Assembly (NCBI GenBank): GCA_031362565.1
Contig: JANLSU010000123.1
Span: forward strand, 1-52,150
From: a bacterium
Lineage (GTDB): Bacteria > Krumholzibacteriota > Krumholzibacteriia > G020349025
DNA length: 52,150 nucleotides
Direction: 5' to 3'
Shown: one piece after another, positions 38,078 through 47,680 of the stretch
Layout of the letters: each line of letters starts with the position of its first letter
How positions within the stretch are numbered: the stretch's first letter is position 1
Notes under the pieces: model-generated
What the model saw: the letters and a program-made list of their open reading frames with translations, nothing else
Told to the model about the DNA's origin: nothing
Database searches by the model: none
Position numbers and translations under genes: made by a program

Positions 38078-39418
38078 ATGTCGCTCACAGCCAAATCCGA
38101 TGCACCCGGCGTTGTCGTGATCGGGACCAATCACCGGCAGGCGCCGGTGGAGTTCCGCGAACGCGTCGCCTTCGTCGCCGACGAAATGCAGCGCTTTCTC
38201 GAGCGCGCCCACACGGTGCTCCACGAATGCGACTGCTTCATGGTGTCGACATGCAACCGCACGGAGATCTACGCGTTCCACCCCGAACCACCGCGCGCCG
38301 CCACCCGCGTGCGGCAACTGCTGGCGGAGTTCAAGTCCATCGATGCGGACAGGGACGCCAAACACTTCTACGAGTACCACGGGCGCAATGCGGTCGAGCA
38401 GTTGTACCGCGTCGCCGCCGGCCTCGATTCACTGATGCTGGGCGAGACCCAGATTCTCCAGCAGATTCAGGACGGCTTCGACGCCAGTTTGCGCGCCGGT
38501 TCGGTGGGCGTCGTCGGCGAACGGCTGATTGCCAGCGCGATTCGTTCCGGCCGGCGGGCGCGCGCCGAGACGGCGATTTCGCACGGCGCGATCAGCGTCG
38601 CTTTTGCGGCCGTGAGTTTGGCGCACAAGGTGTTCGGGGATTTAGCCGGCCGGGCCGCGGTGGTCCTGGGCGCCGGCGAGACAGGCACGCTGGTGGCACG
38701 GCATCTGCGCGAACACGGTGTCGGACGGCTGCTGATCGTGAATCGCGACATCGACCGCGCCCGCGCTCTGGCCGCCGAGGTGCGCGGCGAGCCGTTGGCG
38801 ATCGCCGAACTACCCACCGCGCTCACGCAAGTCGACATCGTCATCACGGCAACCAGCGCTCCAACCCCGCTCATCGACGTCGCGATGGTGCGAGCGGCCA
38901 TGAAAGCGCGCCAACGCCGTTCCTTCTTGTTCGTCGACATCGGCGTACCGCGCGACGTCCATCCGGACGTGCGCCACATCGACAACGTGTTCTTGCACGA
39001 CGTCGACGGTTTACAGGTCATGATCGAGCAGACCTTGCTGAAGCGCCGGCGCGAAGTACCCAAGGTGGAACGCATCATCAGTGAAGAAGTTGGATTGTTC
39101 CTGGACTGGCACCGGGGCTTGCAGGCGGCGCCGGTGATCAAGGAGTTGCGTGGCCACCTCGAGGCGCTCCGCGAGCAGGAAATCGCCCGGCACGCGTCGC
39201 ATCTTTCACCCGAGCAACGCACCGCGGTCGATCAAGTCACGCGGGCCCTCTTGAACAAACTGCTGCACCGCCCGACGTTGCTCTTGCGTGAAGCCACTTC
39301 GCAGGGCGAGGCCGGCCTGCGGCGCATCGAAGCCGTACGCGACGCCTTCGGCTTGGACGACGAGCGAGCACACGCCGATGCCGAAGCCGACTCCAAGGCA
39401 CGCGGGGGTTCATCGTGA
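38078..39418 (+). CDS. hemA: Glutamyl-tRNA reductase
   Basis: STCNRTEIY, GLDSLMLGETQI, GAGE, DIGVPRDV, NKLLHRP. Confidence 0.96.
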   Translation: MSLTAKSDAPGVVVIGTNHRQAPVEFRERVAFVADEMQRFLERAHTVLHECDCFMVSTCNRTEIYAFHPEPPRAATRVRQLLAEFKSIDADRDAKHFYEYHGRNAVEQLYRVAAGLDSLMLGETQILQQIQDGFDASLRAGSVGVVGERLIASAIRSGRRARAETAISHGAISVAFAAVSLAHKVFGDLAGRAAVVLGAGETGTLVARHLREHGVGRLLIVNRDIDRARALAAEVRGEPLAIAELPTALTQVDIVITATSAPTPLIDVAMVRAAMKARQRRSFLFVDIGVPRDVHPDVRHIDNVFLHDVDGLQVMIEQTLLKRRREVPKVERIISEEVGLFLDWHRGLQAAPVIKELRGHLEALREQEIARHASHLSPEQRTAVDQVTRALLNKLLHRPTLLLREATSQGEAGLRRIEAVRDAFGLDDERAHADAEADSKARGGSS

Positions 39419-39458
39419 AAACCATGGCCTACCCTGTCGGAAGGATCGTGTCCCGTTG

Positions 39459-40421
39459 ATGCCGCAATCCAAGGCTTTGATCCGGATCGGAACGCGCGGC
39501 AGCCGGTTGGCGTTGTGGCAGGCGGAACGCGTCGCAAGCCGCCTGCGCGCCCACCATCCGGAACTAGACATCGCCATCGTGCCCATCGAGAGCCATGGCG
39601 ACCGGCACGACACCCAGGCCGTTGCGGACCTGGAAACCGTCGGTATCTTCACGCGCGAAATCGAACAGGCACTGCTCGAGAACCGGGTCGATGTCGCGGT
39701 GCACAGCTTGAAAGACATGCCCACCCTGGCACCGCCGGGACTCGAGATTGTAGCTCTCCTGCCGCGCGACGATCCGCGCGACGTCTTGATTGCGAGCGCC
39801 CTCGCGGGCCGGCCACTCTCCGGTGGCGTCGAGGCGCTCCAGGCGCTGCCGCGCGGCGCGCGCATCGCGACCTCCAGCCTGCGACGGCGGGCCGAACTCC
39901 TGCGCCATCGGCCCGACTTGCAAGTCATCGAACTGCGGGGCAACGTACCGACCCGCCTTGCCAAGGTGGAACGCGGCGAAGTGGATGGCGTCGTGCTGTC
40001 GTACGCCGGACTCTTGCGGCTCGGCCTCGAACCGCCAGGACGCGTCGCGCTCGACCCCGAGGTGATGTTGCCGGCGCCCGCGCAAGGCACGATCGCCATT
40101 CAGGTGCGGAGCGCCGATGCAGCCACACGGACCCGCGTCACCCCTCTCGACGACCGGGCGACGCGCGTCTGCACGACTGCCGAGCGCTACGTGTTGGCGG
40201 AACTCGAAGGCGGCTGCCGGGTGCCGCTCGGCGCCTTGGCGCGCCTCGACAACGATCGAGTGACACTGCGAGCGCGGATCGCGACGGTGGATGGCACTCG
40301 AGTACTGGACGACACGGTCACTGGTCCGGCCAACGACATCGCAATGCTAGCCAAGACGTTGGCGGCAACGCTGCGCGCCCAGGGCGCGTTGGAAATTCTC
40401 GCGACGCTCCGCGTGCGTTGA
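39459..40421 (+). CDS. hemC: Porphobilinogen deaminase (hydroxymethylbilane synthase)
   Basis: IGTRGSRLALWQA, AVHSLKD, TSSLRR, RGNVPTRL, LEGGCRVP. Confidence 0.96.
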   Translation: MPQSKALIRIGTRGSRLALWQAERVASRLRAHHPELDIAIVPIESHGDRHDTQAVADLETVGIFTREIEQALLENRVDVAVHSLKDMPTLAPPGLEIVALLPRDDPRDVLIASALAGRPLSGGVEALQALPRGARIATSSLRRRAELLRHRPDLQVIELRGNVPTRLAKVERGEVDGVVLSYAGLLRLGLEPPGRVALDPEVMLPAPAQGTIAIQVRSADAATRTRVTPLDDRATRVCTTAERYVLAELEGGCRVPLGALARLDNDRVTLRARIATVDGTRVLDDTVTGPANDIAMLAKTLAATLRAQGALEILATLRVR

Positions 40422-40499
40422 GGCAATCCCAGGCCGACTGCGTGCTGTGTTAGCCTGCGGGGGCGCAGGGCCGCCGCCCGTTCCACCGAGACTTGGAGC

Positions 40500-41279
40500 A
40501 TGATGGCAACTCCGGTCGCAACTCCACGCGTGCTGGTCACGCGCGAGGACCCGGCGCCATTGGCCGAGGCCGTGGCGCGCGCCGGTGGCGTACCGATCGT
40601 GTTGCCGCTCCTGACGACGCGCTGGCTGGCATTCACGCTGCCCGATCGCCGCCGCATCGAAGACTACGACTGGGTGGCGTTCACCAGTGTCCGGGCGCTC
40701 GACGCCGTCGTGCGGCATGTGCAGCACGAAGGTTGGCCATGGCCGCCCGAAACGCGCTGCGCCGCGGTCGGTGACCGTACCGCACACGAATTGCAGGCGC
40801 AGGGCTGGATGCCGGAATGCGTTTCCGAAACCAGCACCGCACAGGGATTGCTCGAATGCATGACGGCATACGGCATGCTGGGGGCGCGCGTTCTGTTTCC
40901 CTGTTCGGCCATCGCCGAGACGACGTTGCCCGATGGGTTGCGCACCCTCGGCGCATCGGTGGACATGGTGCCGGTTTATACGACGATTGCCGCCTGGGAC
41001 GAGGCGCCGGAGAAGTTGCCGTTTCTAGCCCGGGAGCTTGCTACAGCGCTGCAATCGCGTTGCGTGGCGACGTGTGCGAGTCCGTCGGCGGCGCGGGCGC
41101 TCGTCGATCTGGCCGCAGCGAGCGGCACACTCGAAGCACTGCGCACGACGCCGGTCGCCGTGCTCGGGCCAACCACCGCACGGGCGGCGCGTGAACTTGG
41201 CCTGCGATCGGTGGAAAGCGACGGGCGCACGCTCGCGTGCTTGGCCCGCAAAGCCGTCGAACTCGGACGCCAGCCGTGA
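40500..41279 (+). CDS. hemD: Uroporphyrinogen-III synthase
   Basis: VLVTR, WVAFTS, AVGDRTA, VYTT, ASPSAA, LGPTTA. Located between hemC and hemB. Confidence 0.85.
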   Translation: MMATPVATPRVLVTREDPAPLAEAVARAGGVPIVLPLLTTRWLAFTLPDRRRIEDYDWVAFTSVRALDAVVRHVQHEGWPWPPETRCAAVGDRTAHELQAQGWMPECVSETSTAQGLLECMTAYGMLGARVLFPCSAIAETTLPDGLRTLGASVDMVPVYTTIAAWDEAPEKLPFLARELATALQSRCVATCASPSAARALVDLAAASGTLEALRTTPVAVLGPTTARAARELGLRSVESDGRTLACLARKAVELGRQP

Positions 41280-41335
41280 ACGTCATTCGCGTCGCACTGC
41301 CCTGAGCGGCAGCGCGGGGGGCTTTCGGAGGAAGA

Positions 41336-42307
41336 ATGCCGTACCCGATTCATCGCCCGCGCCGTTTGCGCCGCACCGCGGTTCTGCGGCGGATGGTGCA
41401 GGAGACTCGCCTCAGCATGGATGGCGTCATCGAGCCGTTGTTCGTTTGTGCCGGTGAGGGACTCCGCAAGCCCATCGACGCCATGCCCGGCTGCGCGCAG
41501 ATGAGCGTCGATGTGCTGGTCGAAGAATGCCGCCAGAGTTTCGGTCTGGGGATTCCGAGCGTCATCCTCTTCGGGATCCCGGCGCACAAGGACGCGACCG
41601 GCAGCGAAGCCTATGCCGACGACGGTATCGTGCCGCGCGCCATTCGTGCCCTCAAGCAAGCGTTGCCGGATCTCTTTGTCTGGGCCGATGTGTGTTTGTG
41701 CGAGTTCACTGATCACGGTCACTGCGGGGTGTTGAACGGCACCGATGTCGACAACGATGCGACGCTGCCGCTCTTGGTGCGGGAAGCGCTGGCCTGCGCT
41801 CGCGCCGGTGCCGACGGTATCGCGCCCTCCGACATGATGGATGGACGGGTCGGGGCGATTCGCCGCGGCCTGGATGCGGCCGCCCTGGCGCACGTGCCGG
41901 TCATGGCCTACGCCGCCAAGTATGCGTCGGCCTTCTACGGGCCGTTCCGCGAGGCCGCCGAGTCGGCGCCCCGCTTCGGCGACCGGCGCGGTTATCAGAT
42001 GGACCCGCCCAACGTCCGAGAGGCGATGCGGGAGATCGCTCTCGACCTGGAGGAGGGCGCCGACATCGTCATGGTGAAGCCGGCGCTTGCCTACCTGGAC
42101 GTGATTCGGGCGGCCCGGGAGCGGTTCGACGTGCCGATCGCGGCCTACAACGTCAGCGGGGAGTACGCCATGGTCCGGGCCGCGGCTCGCAACGGCTGGG
42201 TGGACGAGGATCGCATGATCCTGGAGATTCTGACCTCGATCCGGCGCGCCGGCGCCGACATCGTGCTGACTTACTTCGCCCGCGACTTGGCGCGCCTCCT
42301 GGGCTGA
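41336..42307 (+). CDS. hemB: Porphobilinogen synthase (Zn-type)
   Basis: [50 protein letters not shown]. Confidence 0.97.
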   Translation: MPYPIHRPRRLRRTAVLRRMVQETRLSMDGVIEPLFVCAGEGLRKPIDAMPGCAQMSVDVLVEECRQSFGLGIPSVILFGIPAHKDATGSEAYADDGIVPRAIRALKQALPDLFVWADVCLCEFTDHGHCGVLNGTDVDNDATLPLLVREALACARAGADGIAPSDMMDGRVGAIRRGLDAAALAHVPVMAYAAKYASAFYGPFREAAESAPRFGDRRGYQMDPPNVREAMREIALDLEEGADIVMVKPALAYLDVIRAARERFDVPIAAYNVSGEYAMVRAAARNGWVDEDRMILEILTSIRRAGADIVLTYFARDLARLLG

Positions 42308-42512
42308 TTGAGCGCCATAACGCACTGCAAAGTAAACGCTTAGGCAGCGGTGGTGCGCCACAGCCGCCGGAAGGCGGACGCAACACCCCGAACCGGCTCG
42401 AAGCCGTAGTTCTCGGGCGTGAATTGCGCCTCCCGCCCACGAGGCTCTTTCGGCGCCGGGCCTTTGCCGAAGAACCTTCGGCGACAAACTGAAGTCGTTT
42501 CAGGATCTCCGC

Positions 42513-42541
42513 TTGAGTCATTCCCGCCGGTTGCCTATAAT
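42513..42541 (+). promoter_or_regulatory. Strong sigma70-type promoter
   Basis: TTGAGT-N17-TATAAT (perfect -10), about 100 nt upstream of ATG 42640. Confidence 0.7.
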
Positions 42542-42639
42542 GCACTGAGCCACCCAAGCAGCACGTGTGTGGAGCCCGAGGCAAGTTTCCTTTGTAGGAA
42601 AAGTTCGTTCGCACCCAAAGACAGCGAGGAGAGACTGCG

Positions 42640-43119
42640 ATGAAGAAGTGCTTACTGATTCTCGCAACCGTCGCGCTGGTGGTCCTCCCGACCGCCGCGT
42701 TCGCGACGTTTTCGGTAATCCAAGATTCGTGTCGGAGCATTGGTAATACCGAGATCACGTATTTCTCGGTCGTGAACTTCAATTCGCCCGTGCCGATTTG
42801 TGACCTGCACTTTCTGCCGGAGAACCCGGTGCCCGGATGCATCGTCATCGGTTGCGCCGCGCCCGCCGGTTGGGGCTGCGCCTTGAATCCGGCCACTGGT
42901 GGCGTCGACTGGGAAGCCCTGACCCCCAGCGAATGCATCTTCGCAGGTACGCGTAAGCGCGGCTTCAGCTTCACGCTGGATCCGGACTTCTGCTGCTACC
43001 TGGTCACCTTCACCGGCCCGAACCATGAAGTGCTCGCACAGCAGGAAGAATGCTTCAGCTGCGTGCACGTTGGTGTCGAGGACAAGACGTGGGGCGACGT
43101 TAAGAAGCTCTACAACTAA
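42640..43119 (+). CDS. Small secreted Cys-rich protein with C-terminal VGVEDKTWGDVKKLYN tail
   Basis: AGGAG RBS, signal peptide ending AAFA, 10 Cys in the mature part. Has its own promoter and terminator. Confidence 0.75.
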   Translation: MKKCLLILATVALVVLPTAAFATFSVIQDSCRSIGNTEITYFSVVNFNSPVPICDLHFLPENPVPGCIVIGCAAPAGWGCALNPATGGVDWEALTPSECIFAGTRKRGFSFTLDPDFCCYLVTFTGPNHEVLAQQEECFSCVHVGVEDKTWGDVKKLYN

Positions 43120-43147
43120 TCCAAGCGAATTCTCCTTGGTGTAAGAT

Positions 43148-43184
43148 CGAGGCGCCGGGCAGGTCCCGGGGCCTCGTCTTCTTT
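43148..43184 (+). terminator. Intrinsic terminator
   Basis: CGAGGCGCCGGG-CAGGT-CCCGGGGCCTCG (1 mismatch) followed by TCTTCTTT. Confidence 0.55.
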
Positions 43185-43208
43185 CGGGGGCCATGGCTGG
43201 AGGTTGCT

Positions 43209-44120
43209 GTGCCGCGTCGATTTCACTCGTTCGCCCTTGCACTCGCCGTCTACATGACCGCTACCGTTGCCATCGCCGATGAGCCGGCACCGCCGCCGTC
43301 GCATGCGGACGAGATTCGCGCCTGGCATGACAAGCGTATCAAGAGCCTGACCTCGGACACCGGCTGGCTGACGGTCGCGGGTCTGTACTGGCTCCAAGAA
43401 GGCGGCAACTCCTTCGGGACGTCGCCCAAGAACGCGATCGTGCTCCCGGCGCGCAGTGGGCCGGACGTCGCGGGCGTCATCGAACTGCAAGGCGGCAAAA
43501 CCACGCTCCACGCCAATGCCGGCGTCACGATGCGCATCGGCACCGAAGCAGTGACAACGCGCCTCCTGCACTCCGATGCCACGGGGGCGCCGGATGTCGT
43601 CGAGATGGGACGACTGCGCTTCTTCGTCATCGTGCGCGGTGGTCGCTACGCCATTCGCTTGCGCGATCTCGAAGCGCCGACGCGCAAGGCGTTCACCGGC
43701 ATCCAGTCGTACGGCGTCGACGATGATTGGCGCGTCGAGGCCCGCTTCGAGCCGTACTCGCCACCGCATCAGATCCCCATCGCAACGGTCATCGGTACGG
43801 TGGATTCGATGACCAGCCCCGGGGCGCTGGTCTTTACGTTCGGCGGCAAGGAGTTCCGGCTCGACCCGGTGCTCGAGAGTCCGGATGCCGACGAACTCTT
43901 CGTCATCTTCAGGGACGAAACGAGCGGTGTCGAAACCTACGGCGGCGGCCGGTTCTTGTATGCCAGCCTGGCCAAGGATGGCAAGACGGTGCTCGACTTC
44001 AACAAGGCCTACAATCCACCGTGCGCATTCACGGAATACGCCACTTGCCCGTTGCCGCCGCTGCAGAACGCTTTACCGATCGCGGTGCATGCCGGTGAAA
44101 AGAAGTACGGCCACCACTGA
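43209..44120 (+). CDS. DUF1684 family exported protein
   Basis: GWLTVAGLYWL, FRDETSGVETYGGGRFL, LDFNKAYNPPCAFT...TCPLPP...N, AGEK. Confidence 0.85.
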   Translation: MPRRFHSFALALAVYMTATVAIADEPAPPPSHADEIRAWHDKRIKSLTSDTGWLTVAGLYWLQEGGNSFGTSPKNAIVLPARSGPDVAGVIELQGGKTTLHANAGVTMRIGTEAVTTRLLHSDATGAPDVVEMGRLRFFVIVRGGRYAIRLRDLEAPTRKAFTGIQSYGVDDDWRVEARFEPYSPPHQIPIATVIGTVDSMTSPGALVFTFGGKEFRLDPVLESPDADELFVIFRDETSGVETYGGGRFLYASLAKDGKTVLDFNKAYNPPCAFTEYATCPLPPLQNALPIAVHAGEKKYGHH

Positions 44121-45417
44121 CCGCGCCCTCTGGGCCGTGCTACTTGCCGCTGCCCTGGTGCGCGCCGGGGCCGTGCTGTGGCTGGGCGACACGATTCCGT
44201 ATAGCGATTGCTTCTACTATCACGAAGCCGGACGCATGCAAGCCGCCGACTGGGGCTTCCTCTTCTGGCACGATACCGTTCTGAAGTTCGCCAAGTTGAA
44301 CTGGTGGCCGCCGGGTTACCCGCTTTTTCTCGCCGCCGTGTATGCGCTCGCAGGACCGCAATTTCGCGTCGCCGTTTTTGTGCAAGTCGTCTTGGGTGTC
44401 GTGACGTGCGCTTTGGTCTACGCCTTCGCGGCGCGGGCCGCGGGCCGGCGCGCCGGCTTGCTTGCGGCCTGGCTCATTGCGCTCGACCCGACCTACGTCT
44501 TCACGTGCAACCTGATTGCTTCCGAGAACCTCTTTGCGCCGCTCTTGGCACTCGGGCTCTGGCTCGCGGTGCGCGACGCGCCCCCACCGGGTGCGGGCCG
44601 GCGTGCGATCGTGCGGCACTTTGCGCCCGTCGGGGTGAGCCTGGCGCTTGCGACCCTGGTGCGCGCCGTGGGCTTGATCGTGCCGTGGATCGTGGCTGCA
44701 TGGCTGTGGAAGCGCAGCGCGGGCCGCGCCACCGCAGTCACGGTACTGGGTGCATTCTTCCTGACGCTCGCCCCATGGACGGCCCGCAATGCGCTCGTCG
44801 CCGGGAGCCCCGCGCTCGTGTGCTTCGGCGGTGGTCTCAATTTCTATTTTGGCCAGAGCCCGGGATCGCTCGGGTACCGGGAGCTTTCCACGACACCGCT
44901 CGCGGGTCTCCACGATGCGAATGCCATCGACCGGCGCGGCTACGCCCTTGGTCTTTCCTACATCGCCCACGATCCGCTTAGGTTCGTGACCCGCGGGGTG
45001 CGCAAGGTCGGTTCACTCTTTGCGCCTCCGACCTACGCGCTGCACGCCAACAGCGCCATCTTGATCCCGGATGCAGTGGCCCAGCCGGAGTTGGCGGCCG
45101 AGGCCGCTGCCAAGCGCGCCCGCCAGCAGGCTAAGGATGTGGTGTTGCACGGCCCGCTCGCGGTCCTCGCTGCGCTCCACACTTATTTGCTCCTGGCGGG
45201 GACATTGTTTGTCGTGTGGCGCGGGAGCCGTGGCGGCGCCGGATTGACGCCGGAACTGTGGCTCGCGGCGTCGATCGTCGCCGCATGGATCGTTGTACAT
45301 GCGGTTTTTTGGGCCCAGCCGCGCTTCCGGTATCCCATCGAGATCCCAATGGCGGTGCTCGCCGCTGCCACGTTACGATCGCGCCATGGCGAACCTCGGA
45401 CCAAAACTGCGGGCTGA
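44089..45417 (+). CDS. GT-C (GT39/ArnT-PMT-like) membrane glycosyltransferase
   Basis: PYSDCFYY, WWPPGYP, ASENL, PWTARN, GGGLNFYFG, WAQPRFRYP. Start overlaps the DUF1684 3' end (alternative GTG 44095). Confidence 0.75.
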   Translation: MPVKRSTATTDRALWAVLLAAALVRAGAVLWLGDTIPYSDCFYYHEAGRMQAADWGFLFWHDTVLKFAKLNWWPPGYPLFLAAVYALAGPQFRVAVFVQVVLGVVTCALVYAFAARAAGRRAGLLAAWLIALDPTYVFTCNLIASENLFAPLLALGLWLAVRDAPPPGAGRRAIVRHFAPVGVSLALATLVRAVGLIVPWIVAAWLWKRSAGRATAVTVLGAFFLTLAPWTARNALVAGSPALVCFGGGLNFYFGQSPGSLGYRELSTTPLAGLHDANAIDRRGYALGLSYIAHDPLRFVTRGVRKVGSLFAPPTYALHANSAILIPDAVAQPELAAEAAAKRARQQAKDVVLHGPLAVLAALHTYLLLAGTLFVVWRGSRGGAGLTPELWLAASIVAAWIVVHAVFWAQPRFRYPIEIPMAVLAAATLRSRHGEPRTKTAG

Positions 45418-46708
45418 AAAATGGCTGCTGATCATCGTCGGCGTGGCGATCGCCGCGCGCGCGGCGGTAGTCGTTTGGCTCGCCGATACCGTGCCGTATA
45501 GCGACGGCGCCTACTATGAACTCGCGGCTCGCAAGCTCCTCGCCAACTGGCAGTTTTTCTTCGACCGCTCGCAAGTGGAGTCCTACGGCAAGCTCGGCTG
45601 GTGGCCGCCGTTGTACCCGGCATTCATTTCGTTCGTCTATCGCCTTGCCGGGGTCAATCACCGCGTCATTCCGTGGGCGCAAGTTCTGCTGGGCGCCCTC
45701 GTCTGCGTCTTCGTGCAACGCATCGGACGCCGCGCCGGTGGACCGGCAACCGGCAACATCGCGGCGGCGCTCGTGGCGCTCAACCCGACGTACATCTTCG
45801 CAACCAATCTCTTCGCGTCGGAAAACTTGTACGCCGCGTGGTTCGCGTGTGGCCTTTGGCTGGCGGGAAAGCCGTGGACTCGGCGGCGCATTCCGGTGGG
45901 TGCCGGCATTGCGTTCGGGTTGGGAGCGCTGACCCGCGCCGTTGGCGTCGGCGTGCCGTTCGTCATTGCCCTGGCGCGGTGGCGCGCATTCCCGTCGCGC
46001 CGGGCTTGGGCGCGGTCCGTGGGGTGGATGGTGGTCGCGAGCCTGCTCACCATCGCACCCTGGACGGTGCGCAATCTCGTCGTCGCCGGCAGCCCAGCGC
46101 TCGTCTGTTTCGGCGGCGGGCTCAATTTCTATTTCGGCCACAATGACGTGCAACTCGGGTATCGCGATCTTACCGACACGCCCATGTCGCACCTGACGAC
46201 TCAAGCCGCCATCGACCGCGAGGGTTACCGGCTGGGTCTGCAATGTTTAGCTGCGAACCCGTTCGGATTCGTGACCCGCGGCGCGCTCAAGGTGGGAGCG
46301 CTCTTCGGGTCGCCCGGCTACGCGCCGCACGACAACAGCGCCATCTTGCTGCCGGACGGCTGGCAGACCGACCCCGAAAAGGGCCGCATCGCCACCGATC
46401 TTCGCGCCCGCCAGCGCGCCAAGAATCACTGGCTCGACGGATTGTTTACGCCGCTCTCGGCGGCCTATTCGTATGTGCTGCTTCTTGGCGCGATTGTGGC
46501 GGTCGGGCGCGGCTGGCGCCGCATGCCGCCGGAACTACGTACGTGCGTTTGGCTGGTGGTCTACTGGATCGCGGCGCACGTCGTGTTTTGGGCTCAGCCG
46601 CGGTTTCGTTATCCTACGGAGATTCCACTCGCGCTGCTGACAGCGTTTGCGGTGACGCTGTTTCTGCCGCAGCGGCGAGGTGCAAAGCACTCGAGAACGG
46701 CGGCATAA
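45386..46708 (+). CDS. GT-C (GT39/ArnT-PMT-like) membrane glycosyltransferase, tandem paralog
   Basis: PYSDGAYY, WWPPLYP, ASENL, PWTVRN, AGSPALVCFGGGLNFYFG, WAQPRFRYP. Confidence 0.75.
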   Translation: MANLGPKLRAEKWLLIIVGVAIAARAAVVVWLADTVPYSDGAYYELAARKLLANWQFFFDRSQVESYGKLGWWPPLYPAFISFVYRLAGVNHRVIPWAQVLLGALVCVFVQRIGRRAGGPATGNIAAALVALNPTYIFATNLFASENLYAAWFACGLWLAGKPWTRRRIPVGAGIAFGLGALTRAVGVGVPFVIALARWRAFPSRRAWARSVGWMVVASLLTIAPWTVRNLVVAGSPALVCFGGGLNFYFGHNDVQLGYRDLTDTPMSHLTTQAAIDREGYRLGLQCLAANPFGFVTRGALKVGALFGSPGYAPHDNSAILLPDGWQTDPEKGRIATDLRARQRAKNHWLDGLFTPLSAAYSYVLLLGAIVAVGRGWRRMPPELRTCVWLVVYWIAAHVVFWAQPRFRYPTEIPLALLTAFAVTLFLPQRRGAKHSRTAA

Positions 46709-46933
46709 GCAGATACGCGGCGATGCGACGGAGGGGAGTCGCACCGCCGCGCCGAACGCGCGCGGCCCGTGGCGAACACGGCGACCGCGGCCGGCTTCAC
46801 GTCAATGTGCGGCGACAACGCTTCCGTGCTCACAATGCGATACGGGCAAGGCCGCTCGCTTCTAACACCGTCGACCCTGACGCCATGACGGGGGTACACT
46901 CCAAGCACCGCTCGGCTCGCTTCCTTCCAACGC

Positions 46934-47680
46934 ATGGAGTGGTCGGCGTTGCCCTATTCCGAGTCGAATACCCCGCACTGGGCGGCCCGATTGGGCGAGC
47001 TGGTGCACATTCTCCAGACCCCCGACACTGGCCCCGCCGGACACGAGGCGGCGCGAGCGGAGTCCTGGGTGCTCCTCAACTCCGCGATCCTCCGCCACTT
47101 GAGCGTTCGGGCCGGCGGCGCGGGCCTGGCCCACGAGGATCGGGAGGATCTGGCGGCTGAAAAATCGTTAGATCTGCTGCGGCGGGCCGAATCTGGGGCG
47201 TGGCGTGTCGAAGGGCGCGCGGCCGGCGAAATCGCCGCGTTCGTGGCCACGGTGGCCCGTCATGGGATCGTGGATCATCACCGGCGCTCGTCCCGCTGGG
47301 TGCAACCCGGGCCGGGTGGTATGGACGAAACGCCTCACAACGACCGCGTCCTGGCGCACGACCCGGGGTCGCCCCTGGCCCAAGTCGAGCGGCGCGATTT
47401 CGTGCAGGCGCTTTGTGACTGCGCCGAACACCTGCAGCCGCGGGCACGGCGCGCTTGGTTGTTCCGGGTTTTCTACGATCTGTCGAGCAAGGAGATCGCG
47501 GCGCATCCGGAGATCGATCTCAATCCGGCGCACGTCGACGTGCTGTTGCAGCGTTGTCGCGATGGGATTCGCGTTTGCATGCGCGCCAAGGGCTATGAGC
47601 CGCACGACATGCCGCCGGGCACTTTTGCGGCTCTGTGGAAGGCGTTCCGGATTCCGCAGGCGGCCGAGGTGAAGCGATGA
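46934..47680 (+). CDS. ECF-type RNA polymerase sigma factor with C-terminal extension
   Basis: Region 2 DREDLA...FVATVARHGIVDHHR. Region 4 LQPRARRAWLFR...LSSKEIA...VDVLLQRCR. Confidence 0.75.
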   Translation: MEWSALPYSESNTPHWAARLGELVHILQTPDTGPAGHEAARAESWVLLNSAILRHLSVRAGGAGLAHEDREDLAAEKSLDLLRRAESGAWRVEGRAAGEIAAFVATVARHGIVDHHRRSSRWVQPGPGGMDETPHNDRVLAHDPGSPLAQVERRDFVQALCDCAEHLQPRARRAWLFRVFYDLSSKEIAAHPEIDLNPAHVDVLLQRCRDGIRVCMRAKGYEPHDMPPGTFAALWKAFRIPQAAEVKR

